The notes under the pieces are model-generated. The model did no database searches. It had not been told where the DNA came from and worked only from the letters and a program-made list of their open reading frames with translations. A stretch of 64,000 bases of DNA from Alphaproteobacteria bacterium (lineage in GTDB: Bacteria > Pseudomonadota > Alphaproteobacteria > Rs-D84). The stretch is from NCBI GenBank assembly GCA_017503725.1, contig JAFVSL010000003.1, forward strand, positions 72,272 to 136,271, in the 5' to 3' direction. The position numbers were made by a program, and so were the translations under genes. This document shows, piece by piece, positions 20,527-32,155 of this stretch (positions are counted from its first letter, which is position 1; each line of letters begins with the position of its first letter).

Positions 20527-20850
20527 ATGAAAAAATTGATGATTGCATTGGGTTTGTGTGGTGTATTGGGTGCCTGTGACAGTAATGCCGGCGCACAAAA
20601 TGGCGACACGGTTGTAATTAATTTTGCGGGCTATCTGGACGGGGTTCAGTTCCCAGGCGGCACCGCAGAGGGCTTTCCATTAAAATTGGGCAGTGGTCAA
20701 TTCGTTCCTGGCTTCGAAGAACAATTGGTTGGCGCGGTAAAGGGCGAAGAACGCGATGTTAACATCACATTCCCAACAGAATATGTCCCAGAATTGGCGG
20801 GCAAAGATGTCGTGTTCAAGGTGACGGTTGTTGATATTATCGAAGAATAA
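20527..20850 (+). CDS. FKBP-type peptidyl-prolyl cis-trans isomerase lipoprotein
   Basis: Lipobox LGAC; FKBP-domain motifs [20 protein letters not shown]; terminator 20866-20893. Confidence 0.75.
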   Translation: MKKLMIALGLCGVLGACDSNAGAQNGDTVVINFAGYLDGVQFPGGTAEGFPLKLGSGQFVPGFEEQLVGAVKGEERDVNITFPTEYVPELAGKDVVFKVTVVDIIEE

Positions 20851-20890
20851 AGTCAATATCTGATAAAAATCCCCCAATCGGGGGATTTTT

Positions 20891-21172
20891 TTATTCATTG
20901 CTTCGTATTGTCATTGGTTTCAGGGGATTTGCATCCGAATGCCGAAAGATTTCATCACGTGCCATTGTTAACCTTATTTTTGTTTCCTGATATCGGGCCT
21001 CGCGCTCGTACGTGCGTTTCAGGCTATAAAATATTTGTTCCATTTGTGAATATGCCAAAAAAATTTCGCTTAATAAATCAGATTGTTTCGGGCGATACAT
21101 TTCGGCAACCTTGAAATCCGCCTCTAAATCCGCCAGTGTGTCTTCTGTAATATCCATATCGTTTACCCCCAT
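20891..21172 (-). CDS. hypothetical small cytoplasmic protein
   Basis: 93 aa ORF directly downstream of leader copy 3. Confidence 0.45.
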   Translation of the reverse strand: MGVNDMDITEDTLADLEADFKVAEMYRPKQSDLLSEIFLAYSQMEQIFYSLKRTYEREARYQETKIRLTMARDEIFRHSDANPLKPMTIRSNE

Positions 21173-21180
21173 TGTTTATT

Positions 21181-21401
21181 GTTTATAAAAATAAAAAACC
21201 GCATCTGAAAATCAAAAGCGGTTGGAGGTTAAAGACTATTCTAGAAAGATAGTGCTGTTTATTGGATATTCACAGCCCTCCAACCGACGGTTGGAGATTT
21301 TTTACGTCATCACAGACGTTCTAGAAAGGGTCTTTACACCCCATACTGAACAAAAACATTCAGTACCCGTCAATTATACCCCACAAAAAATCATATTGCA
21401 A
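21181..21401 (-). promoter_or_regulatory. conserved promoter + structured 5' leader with terminator (copy 3 of 3)
   Basis: -35 TTGCAA / -10 TATAAT, ATGGGGTGTAAAGACCC box, hairpins CTCCAACC/GGTTGGAG and GGTTGGAGGGCT/AACCTCCAACC (compensatory relative to copies 1 and 2), terminator CCGC-loop-GCGG + T-run. Confidence 0.6.
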
Positions 21402-21417
21402 ATAATTCGATGAATAA

Positions 21418-23472
<2,055 letters not shown>

Positions 23473-23506
23473 AAAAATCCCCCCGGTCGGGGGGATTTTT
23501 TAAATC

Positions 23507-23857
23507 TTAGTGCAACCGATTTGCCAATTTCCCCAGTTCGCTTTGCATTACTGCGCCACGTGTGGAATTAAAGCGTGTAACCATTGCGCGATTGTCCAAT
23601 GCGTGCTTGAACGCGGCCATTGAATCTGCATCGCTATATGTTGCAACGATTGTGTTAAATGTTTTGTTTTTGATAACAATATTTTTAACAATTGTTTCTT
23701 CTTTGTCGGCGAATGTGATTTCCGCTTTGAATTTATCACCAACGGAATAGTGTGCCTTGCCGTATGCATAATCGCGCGTGTTTTTCGTTCCGTCCAAGAA
23801 TACATCAACACGATGAACGGCGACGTTGTTAATCAATGCTAAGAACTGATCTTTCAT
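23507..23857 (-). CDS. hypothetical protein
   Basis: 116 aa ORF with RBS; no family recognised. Confidence 0.45.
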   Translation of the reverse strand: MKDQFLALINNVAVHRVDVFLDGTKNTRDYAYGKAHYSVGDKFKAEITFADKEETIVKNIVIKNKTFNTIVATYSDADSMAAFKHALDNRAMVTRFNSTRGAVMQSELGKLANRLH

Positions 23858-23966
23858 ATATTTTTCCTTTTACTTACTTTTTTTATCTTGGGACAGGTAT
23901 TTTAACGAATTTATTACACCTGTCCATAAAAAAATAAAGCGTCGGGTTATAACGACGCCTTATTTA

Positions 23967-24485
23967 TTATTTCTGGTTTTGTTGTTGAGCATCGGTTATC
24001 TTTTTAAATGTTTCTTTTGCGGATGCCAGTGCTTCTTGTGATTTTGCTAGCATATCTTCGCGTTTAAACAACGCCGATGTCACGCGAGAAACCAAGAAAG
24101 GTTTGGTTATGCGTTCAATAATCTTGCCAGATTTACGGTCAATAACCGTTACAATGCGCGGTCGCGCGTAATTATGTTTATTTTCTGGATCTTGTTTGTT
24201 TTCGATTTCCAGTCTGAAATCATCAACATCGTAAATATCTGTTGGCATTGCACGCTTCTTGGATTCTAAATCCTTGCGATGTGTGATTTTTGTTGTGTTG
24301 TTAATAACGGCAATAACCTTATTCGCAAATTTACGATCTTTGGCAGGGGCGATAATCAGCGCGTCTGTCAAGACATAAAAGTTATAACGTTTGTCTGCGG
24401 CGGTAAAACGTGGTGTAAACGTGATTTTTACCGGCTGTTCCGTTACGATTTGTTCGTTTACTGGTACAGATCCTAAATCTTCCAT
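23967..24485 (-). CDS. hypothetical protein
   Basis: 172 aa ORF followed (minus strand) by hairpin CGTCG-loop-CGACG + T-run. Confidence 0.45.
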   Translation of the reverse strand: MEDLGSVPVNEQIVTEQPVKITFTPRFTAADKRYNFYVLTDALIIAPAKDRKFANKVIAVINNTTKITHRKDLESKKRAMPTDIYDVDDFRLEIENKQDPENKHNYARPRIVTVIDRKSGKIIERITKPFLVSRVTSALFKREDMLAKSQEALASAKETFKKITDAQQQNQK

Positions 24486-24627
24486 TTTACTTCTCCGTTG
24501 TTAATTCTTTACATATTTAGTATAGACAAATTACAGTAAATGTCAAGTCTTTTTTACCTGTTGCGGGACGATTATTTTAGTGATATATTTTTACCTGTCC
24601 AATAAAAAATAACAAAAGGAATATTTA

Positions 24628-25437
24628 ATGTTATTAAAGGGTAAAAAGATTTTAATCACGGGCGTTGCCAACGATTGGTCTATGGCGTGGGCGATTGCCA
24701 AACGTGCGTCGGAAATGGGTGCTGAAATCGCGATGCCATACGCGATGCCGGCGTTGGAAAAACGTGTTCGTCCATTGGCGGAATCGATCGGGGCTAAATT
24801 TGTTCAGGAATGCAACGTTCAAAACGATGAACAATTGGATGATTTGTTTAATAAGATTGGGGCCGAATGGGGGCACCTGGATGGGATGTTGCACGCGATT
24901 GCGTTTTCGGATAAAAATGAATTAACCGGCCGCTATGCCGATACAACACGTGATAATTTCAAGAATACGATGGATATTTCTGTCTATTCATTGGTTGATT
25001 TAACGCGTCGCGCATCTAAATTGATGGACAATGGTGGTTCTATTGTGACCCTGACATATTATGGTGGGGAAAAATCCGTGCCAAATTATAACGTAATGGG
25101 TGTGGCAAAATCCGCCCTTGACAGCAGTGTTCGTTATCTGGCATCTGATTTGGGGCGCGACGGTATTCGCGTCAATGCAATCAGTGCGGGTCCGATTATG
25201 ACCCTGGCGTCCAGTGGGGTTGGCGGGTTCAAGGCGATGTTGCGCCTGAATGCGGAACAAACACCATTGCGTCGCAATATGACGCTGGACGACGTTTCGG
25301 GTGCGGCAATGTATTTGTTCAGTGACCTGTCATCGGCCGTCACCGGCGAGGTTCATCACGTCGACTGTGGTTATTCCACAACCGGTATGATGCCAAATGA
25401 AATGAAAGATATTTTGTTAAAGAATCTTGATAATTAA
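24628..25437 (+). CDS. fabI: enoyl-[acyl-carrier-protein] reductase (NADH)
   Basis: SDR fold, N-terminal KKILITGVAN, Y-x6-K catalytic region; terminator 25437-25468. Confidence 0.9.
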   Translation: MLLKGKKILITGVANDWSMAWAIAKRASEMGAEIAMPYAMPALEKRVRPLAESIGAKFVQECNVQNDEQLDDLFNKIGAEWGHLDGMLHAIAFSDKNELTGRYADTTRDNFKNTMDISVYSLVDLTRRASKLMDNGGSIVTLTYYGGEKSVPNYNVMGVAKSALDSSVRYLASDLGRDGIRVNAISAGPIMTLASSGVGGFKAMLRLNAEQTPLRRNMTLDDVSGAAMYLFSDLSSAVTGEVHHVDCGYSTTGMMPNEMKDILLKNLDN

Positions 25438-25464
25438 AAAAAATCCCGCATTTCGCGGGATTTT

Positions 25465-26289
25465 TTATTCGTCCAATGCGACGATAAATATCCCACGCTT
25501 GTCGGCATGTTTTATAACGGCGGGTTTGTTGACGACAAAGCACGTCTTGGTATTTACCACAATCCCACGCAGGTTTGCGTCCGCCACCGCGTTCACCGTA
25601 TCAACGCCAATCGCCGGGATATCAATGCGTAAGTCCTGGCCGGGTTTCGTCATTTTTGCAAAGACACCACTTTTACGCTTGTGATTTGTGCGCATTTCAA
25701 CCACACGGTTCAGCATACGTGCCGTTCCCTCGGCGGCCTCGACCGCGATGACCTGTTTATCAACGACGACGGATGCGCCAATATCGGCGGCACCAATGGT
25801 GTGTGAAACCTCTATTGCGCGTTCAATGTTCTTTTTGTCGGCGCCGGTTGGTTTTGTCTTGGTTTGTACGCCCGCCGTTTCAAAGGCCAATTCTGGGGCC
25901 AAATCTTGGGCCGCGACAATTTCAAATCCCTGTTTTTCCAGAACGCTATTTAATGCAACCGCCATAGAATCATACCCCCGTTGATTTTTTAATATTTTTA
26001 ACAATGTCCAAAATGTCCACCAGTCTGGTCGAATGTCCGAAAAATTCGGATGCCCCAGCGCCCCAACCATCGTAATTTTTTTGATGCCGCGGCGTTTAAA
26101 TTCGCGTATGGCGCGCCCGCTGCCCCCCAGGCGTACGGTCAAATCGGGGTTTAGTTCCGGGTTAACAAAATTCTTTAACCCGACAACAAACACGTCCCAT
26201 CCCGCGCGTTTCAGTGCATCGCGCGTAAAAAACGGCAGGTCCAACGCCCCCGCAACCAGTGCTATTTTTTTATCTGTGTTTTTCTTCAT
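25465..26289 (-). CDS. lpxI: UDP-2,3-diacylglucosamine hydrolase LpxI (DUF1009)
   Basis: KIALVAGALDLP N-terminus and overall LpxI-like pattern; start trimmed to MKKNTDKK. Confidence 0.7.
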   Translation of the reverse strand: MKKNTDKKIALVAGALDLPFFTRDALKRAGWDVFVVGLKNFVNPELNPDLTVRLGGSGRAIREFKRRGIKKITMVGALGHPNFSDIRPDWWTFWTLLKILKNQRGYDSMAVALNSVLEKQGFEIVAAQDLAPELAFETAGVQTKTKPTGADKKNIERAIEVSHTIGAADIGASVVVDKQVIAVEAAEGTARMLNRVVEMRTNHKRKSGVFAKMTKPGQDLRIDIPAIGVDTVNAVADANLRGIVVNTKTCFVVNKPAVIKHADKRGIFIVALDE

Positions 26290-26374
26290 AATTCCAATGG
26301 TACGCATAAAAGGCACTGGAATCAAGTTTCAATTTATGTTAAAATTCCATATAAATAAAACCTGGGTTATTGTA

Positions 26375-27139
26375 ATGAAAAAAGTATCTTATGTTTTGCT
26401 GTCTGCAATGCTGGCGTCGCCGTCATATGCAAAAATTGATGCAGATATGTTTATTGACGAGGTTTCACGCGGTGTTGACGTTGTCGCCGCCCCACGTGTT
26501 GCGCCAAATGTTGTTGACGATGCGCCCGGCGCCCTTGGGGCAGAGGTTTATGAAACCGCCGGCATAATCGAAAATGGTGATATGCGTATGTTTATCCCAA
26601 CGTCAATGTATGTGCGTATGGGTGGTGGATTAAACCTGGGGTTTGCGACGTCGCGCGCAACGTATGATGGGGCTCGGTATGAATCCTCTGGATCGTATTC
26701 GACACAAATCGGCCTGGGGTGGAATTTGTCGTCTTTTGTTCGCACAGAATTGGATTTCCAAACAACGACACTGAAATTTTCAGACGTTGAAAATATGGAC
26801 GCCAATTATCAGACGCTTGGCGGAATGTTGTACTTTGATTTGGCGCGTCGCTATGTTCAAATGGGGGATATAACGCATCGTCGTACATTTGTTCCATTTA
26901 TGGGTGTTGGTGCGGCGTTTGGCGCGTATCGGTTTAATGGCGCAAACGGTGCGGATGGTGCGATTTTGGCGGTGCCACGTGCGGTATTGGGTTTCAATGT
27001 AATGTTTAATGACCTAATCGGTCTGGACGTTTATTATCAGTACCAGATGATGATTGGCAACGGCTTTGGTTGGGATGCACCACGTGGTGGTGTGGACAGC
27101 ATAAGTAACATTATGGCATCTTTCCGGGTGAATTTCTAA
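26375..27139 (+). CDS. outer-membrane beta-barrel protein (OmpA-like/Omp25-type porin family)
   Basis: Signal peptide MKKVSYVLLSAMLASPSYA; alternating amphipathic strands; C-terminal aromatic (RVNF). Confidence 0.6.
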   Translation: MKKVSYVLLSAMLASPSYAKIDADMFIDEVSRGVDVVAAPRVAPNVVDDAPGALGAEVYETAGIIENGDMRMFIPTSMYVRMGGGLNLGFATSRATYDGARYESSGSYSTQIGLGWNLSSFVRTELDFQTTTLKFSDVENMDANYQTLGGMLYFDLARRYVQMGDITHRRTFVPFMGVGAAFGAYRFNGANGADGAILAVPRAVLGFNVMFNDLIGLDVYYQYQMMIGNGFGWDAPRGGVDSISNIMASFRVNF

Positions 27140-27154
27140 ATGGGGGTATGGGAT

Positions 27155-27802
27155 ATGAATAAAAAGGTTTTGTTTTCAGTATTTGCGTTAATGCCAATGG
27201 TGGCAAATGCCGCAATTCCATACCGTGTGGAAATGGTTGAAATGCCGGTTATAATCCCAGAATCTGGTAACGATCCGGAATCTTTTGCGCGCGAACATCG
27301 TTTTTATATTGGTGGGGCATATAATTTTTCAATGTGGTCTGATGATAATGACGGTCAAATTGCAATCAACGGCAAAAACACTTCGTCATTTGACGTCAGT
27401 GCCGGTATCCGTATTTACGACACTTTTAGATTAGAGGCAAACTATATCCGCAACAACGCCGAATGGGATGCGTTCAAGATAACGGGTGATATGGCATTTA
27501 TAAACGCCATATTTGATGCCAGAATCGACAGTATGTACCGTCTTTTCCGGTCCCAGATGATTGTTCCATACGTTGGATTTGGTGCGGGGTTGTCTTGGAA
27601 TCGGGCGGAAAACGCGACGTTGGATAAAAAAATAAGTCCGGCGGCGGCGGCCCTGGCGGGGATTGCGGTTGAATTTGGTGAACACTTTACATTGGATTTT
27701 GGATACCGTTATATGTATATGTTTGAGCCGGGATTGGACGCGATTGCTGATTTTAGTCCCATCGCGCACCAGTTTCGTGCGGGCGCGCGTATAAACTTCT
27801 AA
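27155..27802 (+). CDS. outer-membrane beta-barrel protein (tandem paralog)
   Basis: Signal peptide, C-terminal RINF; similar architecture to upstream gene. Confidence 0.6.
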   Translation: MNKKVLFSVFALMPMVANAAIPYRVEMVEMPVIIPESGNDPESFAREHRFYIGGAYNFSMWSDDNDGQIAINGKNTSSFDVSAGIRIYDTFRLEANYIRNNAEWDAFKITGDMAFINAIFDARIDSMYRLFRSQMIVPYVGFGAGLSWNRAENATLDKKISPAAAALAGIAVEFGEHFTLDFGYRYMYMFEPGLDAIADFSPIAHQFRAGARINF

Positions 27803-27812
27803 GGGGCGCGGG

Positions 27813-28736
27813 ATGAAGACCTGTCCTTTCTTTGGTCGCTGTGGCGGGTGCAAGTTTGATTTTACCGCCCCAGATTATCACGATGCTAAGATTTCGGCAC
27901 TGCCGAATTTGCCAGTGACGGATGCACCGGTGTGGATTGATGCGGGACTGCGCCGTCGTGGGGACTTTTGTTTTGCGCCGGGTGTCTTTGGTCTGTTTGA
28001 AGGGGGAACAAAAAATATTATCCCCATAACAAATTGTCCGAATATGGCACCGGAAATTAACGCGGTCTTGCCGGAATTGGCGGGATTACCGTGGACGGGC
28101 GCGGGTGCGTGCCTGGTGACGGTGTGTGATAATGGGGTGGATGTGAATATAACATCGTCTGTCCCATATATAAGCCCAGAATTAAGGAACGCGGTGCTAG
28201 AACTGCCCGTTTTGCGTGTAACCTGGAATGATAAAGTTATTTTTGAAAAATCTAAACCCGTAATAAGTTTTGGTGATAAATCCGTCGAATATCCATCACG
28301 CGCATTTTTACAGCCCACAATCAGTGGTGCGGATGCGTTGCGTAATATGGTTGCGCACGCGGCACACGGTGCGGGGCGTGTGGCGGATTTATTTTGTGGA
28401 CTGGGGAATTTTACATTTGCCCTGAATGCGGATGGTTTTGATGTGGTTGGTACGGGTGCAAAGCGGGATTTGTTCAAGCACCCCCTGACGGTTGGAATGC
28501 TGAACACATATGATTGTGTGGTAATGGATCCACCACGTGCCGGTGCCGATGCCCAGTGTCGGGAACTGGTAAAAAGTAATGTCGGACGTGTGATTTATGT
28601 TTCTTGCAATCCGCAGACATTTCGTCGTGATATGGAAATATTAACACGTGGCGGATATAAACTGCGTACCTTAATCCCGGTTGACCAGTTTGTCGGCAGT
28701 GCACATTGGGAAATCTTTTCAGTATTTGAAAAATAG
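27813..28736 (+). CDS. class I SAM-dependent RNA (uracil-5)-methyltransferase, RlmD/TrmA family (no TRAM domain)
   Basis: DLFCGLGNFTFAL SAM motif I; VVMDPPRAGA and YVSCNPQTFRRD catalytic motifs. Confidence 0.75.
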   Translation: MKTCPFFGRCGGCKFDFTAPDYHDAKISALPNLPVTDAPVWIDAGLRRRGDFCFAPGVFGLFEGGTKNIIPITNCPNMAPEINAVLPELAGLPWTGAGACLVTVCDNGVDVNITSSVPYISPELRNAVLELPVLRVTWNDKVIFEKSKPVISFGDKSVEYPSRAFLQPTISGADALRNMVAHAAHGAGRVADLFCGLGNFTFALNADGFDVVGTGAKRDLFKHPLTVGMLNTYDCVVMDPPRAGADAQCRELVKSNVGRVIYVSCNPQTFRRDMEILTRGGYKLRTLIPVDQFVGSAHWEIFSVFEK

Positions 28737-29159
28737 TTTTTGTATCGAAAAAAATACCGCCGTTGCCGGCGGTATTTCCGAATGCCCCGAAAGGAAGGAA
28801 AGGAGAAAAAGAAATTGGGCATTCTAAAAAAATGTTCTGGGGTCCACGGTCCAGAGGAGAGAGAATGTAGGAGGGAGTCTGAATCCCTGGACCCCACAGA
28901 TGCTTTCGCACCTGGTCATCGGCTTTGCTTCCTTTGACGAATCGAAATATAATACAGATATTTGCTTTTGTCAAGTGTTTTGTCAAAAAATTTTTTAGTA
29001 TTGTCATTTTTTTCTAAAAATTCCTAAAAAAAGCCCGAAATATCCCTAAAAACCTAGGAAATGGTACTTGTTGTATGAATTGGTGCCGGGGCATAAAATT
29101 TGTGGTGTGCTGGAACGTTCTGATGGATTCTGGCGAATATCGAAGAAGGAGAGAGAAAA

Positions 29160-29408
29160 ATGACCCACGAAGATGTATGGCGGGCAATAGAACGCTTTGC
29201 AACCGAACACGGTATGTCTTGTTCTGGATTGGCAAAGTGCAGTGGTTTGGACCCAACGACCTTTAATAAAAGCAAGCGTTGGTCCAAAGAAGGACAGCCC
29301 AGATGGCCGTCGACAAACAGTATTTCCAAAATTTTGTCGTCGACCGGGGCGCGAATCCAAGACTTTACCAAGTATATTGATTCGCCCCAGGATTCTGGAC
29401 GCGACTAA
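29160..29408 (+). CDS. small helix-turn-helix DNA-binding protein (phage-repressor-like N-domain)
   Basis: WRAIERFATEHGMSCSGLAKCSGLDPTTFNKSKRW HTH pattern; strong RBS GAAGGAGAGAGAAAAATG. Confidence 0.55.
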   Translation: MTHEDVWRAIERFATEHGMSCSGLAKCSGLDPTTFNKSKRWSKEGQPRWPSTNSISKILSSTGARIQDFTKYIDSPQDSGRD

Positions 29409-29490
29409 GCACACTTTTTATGCACGGTTTCGACACCCCAAAAACCACGCGCACTATGCACGTGGTTTTTTGTTGGACAATCGGGGTGCT

Positions 29491-29928
29491 ATGGGGTATT
29501 GTATCTATATGCTATCGGGAATAAGAATCTTTTCAGACGATCAAATCTGGCGGCAAATTTTGTCCGAATTAAACGCCACGGTATTGGATGCGCCCACGGT
29601 AACGGATGTTGATATGGCAAATCTGGATATCTCGGCCCCGATCCATCCAATGGAATTAAAGGCGCGAATACTGTCGGCGACGGATAATTCGCGTTTGTTG
29701 GGCCAGATTTTTGGCACGCCAACAACGTTACCGTATATTCAGGGGAAATTGGTAATCGCACTTTATAAAAGTGGCGGTATGTCATCATCAGATTTGAAAC
29801 GTGCGCTGGGATATGCGGCGGACACATCTACGCATACGGTGGATACCGCGATTTATCAGTTGCGCCGAAAATTCGGTCGTGATTTTATTGTTACAAATAA
29901 TGGGGTATATAAACTTGGCCGGATATAA
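29491..29928 (+). CDS. hypothetical protein with OmpR/PhoB-type winged-helix C-terminal domain
   Basis: C-terminal THTVDTAIYQLRRKFGRDFIVTNNGVYKLG resembles a trans_reg_C winged helix; start uncertain. Confidence 0.45.
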   Translation: MGYCIYMLSGIRIFSDDQIWRQILSELNATVLDAPTVTDVDMANLDISAPIHPMELKARILSATDNSRLLGQIFGTPTTLPYIQGKLVIALYKSGGMSSSDLKRALGYAADTSTHTVDTAIYQLRRKFGRDFIVTNNGVYKLGRI

Positions 29929-30586
29929 GGTATTTTCTTTTGATAAAATCCCCAGCACCCAGGATGCTGCGCACGAATTAATTGCCAGCGGACACGGGGC
30001 AAATCGTACGGCGGTTGTTGCCCAGGCGCAAAGTGCGGGGCGGGGGCGTCATCGTCGTAAATGGGTATCGCATCACGGAAATTTGTACGTCAGTTTTATT
30101 TACGATTGTGATGTGCGTGATGGGCGCCTGGCGTATGCGGTGGCGGTGGCGGTGGCGGAAACGTTGGCGACATACGGCATCGCGCCAACAATTAAGTGGC
30201 CAAATGATATCTTGATTGATGGCAAAAAGGTTTGTGGAATTTTAATCGAATATTCTGGGCCCTATGTCATTGTGGGAATCGGTATAAATATTCAGACCAA
30301 CCCAACGGTACGCGAATATAAAACGACCAAGTTGGATAATTATACCCCAGGTTTATCGCCAAATGATTTGCTGGGGGAATTGATGCGCAATTTGGATAAA
30401 TGGCGTCGCACAGAATTTTCGGTTGTACGCGCACGCTGGATGCAGTTGGTTGAACATTTAAACAAAGATGTTCTGTACCAGGGGGCACCCGCCGAATTGA
30501 TTGGAATAAATGAAAACGGTGCACTGATTTTACGTCGCGATACACGGTATTTGTTGGTGTATGGTGATGAAATAACAATGCTGTAA
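29900..30586 (+). CDS. birA: biotin--[acetyl-CoA-carboxylase] ligase (class I, no HTH)
   Basis: GRGRHRRKW biotin-binding loop (GRGRRGRxW), KWPND motif; start uncertain (overlaps upstream gene by 29 nt). Confidence 0.75.
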   Translation: MGYINLAGYKVFSFDKIPSTQDAAHELIASGHGANRTAVVAQAQSAGRGRHRRKWVSHHGNLYVSFIYDCDVRDGRLAYAVAVAVAETLATYGIAPTIKWPNDILIDGKKVCGILIEYSGPYVIVGIGINIQTNPTVREYKTTKLDNYTPGLSPNDLLGELMRNLDKWRRTEFSVVRARWMQLVEHLNKDVLYQGAPAELIGINENGALILRRDTRYLLVYGDEITML

Positions 30587-30619
30587 GTGGCGGAATCCTG
30601 CGGGTTTGCAAATATATGC

Positions 30620-30648
30620 TTGACATTTATTTAAAAATATGATATACT
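30620..30648 (+). promoter_or_regulatory. near-consensus sigma70 promoter (TTGACA-17-TATACT)
   Basis: Exact -35 hexamer, 17 nt spacer, TATACT -10; followed within 30 to 90 nt by two intrinsic terminators. Confidence 0.55.
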
Positions 30649-30674
30649 TGACACCATCAAAGACATAAATAATG

Positions 30675-30741
30675 CCCACAACAACTGTTGGGGATTTTTT
30701 TTGTCTGTTTTTTAGCCGCACATTTTTGTGCGGTTTTTTTT
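30675..30741 (+). terminator. tandem intrinsic terminators (CCCACAAC-loop-GTTGGGG-T8, then GCCGCACA-loop-GTGCGG-T8)
   Basis: Two GC hairpins each followed by T8 on the plus strand, lying between promoter and RBS of the hydrolase gene. Confidence 0.6.
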
Positions 30742-30775
30742 ATTTGTCACAAATCATATGGGGGGATTTTCAGAA

Positions 30776-31186
30776 ATGAATCTAAGACTGATAAAGAATC
30801 CAGACGAAACGAAAAAGTTATCATATCAAATTGCGCGTGTTGTTTATGCGGAAACATCCGCATCATCACTGACCGCGGTCGAGGCACTGGTATCAATGAT
30901 AAACAATGCATCACGTGCCAGCGGCAGAAGTTTCGCACAAATAATATCTGATACCGATATGTTTGAATCATTAAATGAAACATCCGTTCGTCACGAAATG
31001 TTATCGGTTCCCCCACTTTCACGCGGATTTCAAATGTGCTTGCGGGTTGTTGGTCGAATGCTGATGGGTGGGTTGCCGGATATGTGTCGTGGTGCAACAC
31101 GCTTTCATCACGGTGATGTAAATCCAGATTGGGCACGTTCACGTGGGTATATATTGGATATTGATGAATTACTGTTTTATTTATAA
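30776..31186 (+). CDS. SleB-like cell-wall hydrolase (Hydrolase_2 family), probable endolysin
   Basis: IARVVYAE...ALVSMINN...FHHGDVNPDWARSRGYI matches the SleB/Hydrolase_2 consensus; followed by holin-like gene. Confidence 0.6.
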   Translation: MNLRLIKNPDETKKLSYQIARVVYAETSASSLTAVEALVSMINNASRASGRSFAQIISDTDMFESLNETSVRHEMLSVPPLSRGFQMCLRVVGRMLMGGLPDMCRGATRFHHGDVNPDWARSRGYILDIDELLFYL

Positions 31187-31199
31187 GTGGAAATAAAAA

Positions 31200-31397
31200 A
31201 TGAACAAGTTTTACAAGGGCGGATTCCTAAGCGGCTATCGAACATATATTATGTCATCGGTTGGAATCTTGTCGGCGATTGCGGCCTATGCGGTCGGGGA
31301 CAGTGATATTTTCATAACACTGCAAAGTATTTTTACATTGGGTGGAATTTTCTTTTTACGCAAATCGAATGAACCAAAGGATAAATCAAATGGATAA
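31200..31397 (+). CDS. holin-like small membrane protein (2 TM)
   Basis: 65 aa, two hydrophobic helices, charged C-terminus, immediately after the hydrolase. Confidence 0.5.
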   Translation: MNKFYKGGFLSGYRTYIMSSVGILSAIAAYAVGDSDIFITLQSIFTLGGIFFLRKSNEPKDKSNG

Positions 31398-32046
31398 AGT
31401 TCCAGAAAAATTTTTAAACGAAGACGGTACATTAAATGCAGATGCATTGATGAAATCTTATTCAGAACTTGAACGCAAAATCGGAACAATGATAACGGTG
31501 CCGACCGATGGGTGTGATGAAAGTGTTCGTGCGCGCTTTAATCGCGCGATTGGTGTGCCGGAAACATCTGATGAATATCCAACAAATGAAATATTTGATG
31601 ATGAAAATTTGAAAAATAAATTTCACGAAATTGGATTAACATCAACCCAGGTTGAAAAAATTTATGATATTGCAAATGAATTTCTTGCACCTGTGATATC
31701 AGATTTATATAACACGCAAAATGAAAAAGATGCACTTGCAGAATTAAAAAACTTTTTCGGTGGAACGGAAAAAATGAATGATGCATTGCGTGCAATAGAT
31801 GCGTTTGGTAAAAAGTTTTTACCCGCCGATGCATTTGATGAACTGTGCTCCTCGCCCCAGGGAATCCAAGGGATTTATCGTATGATGCAATCAATGGAAC
31901 CAAATGTTGAAACCGAAAAAAATGAAATAAAAAATTTAACGGATTCAGATTTACGACGTATGATGCGTGATCCAAAATATTGGCGTGATGGCGATGCAGA
32001 ATACATACGCAAAATAGAAAATGGTTTTAAAAAATTATATTCATAA
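31393..32046 (+). CDS. putative phage scaffolding protein (T7 gp9 position)
   Basis: Acidic helical 218 aa protein immediately upstream of the capsid module; assignment by position and composition only. Confidence 0.4.
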   Translation, partial: DKVPEKFLNEDGTLNADALMKSYSELERKIGTMITVPTDGCDESVRARFNRAIGVPETSDEYPTNEIFDDENLKNKFHEIGLTSTQVEKIYDIANEFLAPVISDLYNTQNEKDALAELKNFFGGTEKMNDALRAIDAFGKKFLPADAFDELCSSPQGIQGIYRMMQSMEPNVETEKNEIKNLTDSDLRRMMRDPKYWRDGDAEYIRKIENGFKKLYS

Positions 32047-32155
32047 GAAAAAAAATTCACTTTCTTCTTTACTAATTTTTGATATTCATATAAAATACCA
32101 AGTAAGAACAAAACAAATTTGTTCTATCCAAAAAATAGAAGAGAAGGAGAGAAAT

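Noticed and set aside
26033-26374. N-terminal 114 aa extension of the porin ORF overlapping lpxI on the opposite strand
   Set aside because: A signal peptide begins at Met-115 (MKKVSYVLL...), so the true start is 26375. The extension is a spurious overlap.
28780-28940. Possible SRP (4.5S) RNA because of CCGAAAGGAAGG resembling the GGAA-tetraloop helix 8 motif
   Set aside because: Flanking sequence does not reproduce the conserved AGGUCAGGUCC...GGAAGCAGCC symmetric-loop context. No convincing 5'/3' closing helix.
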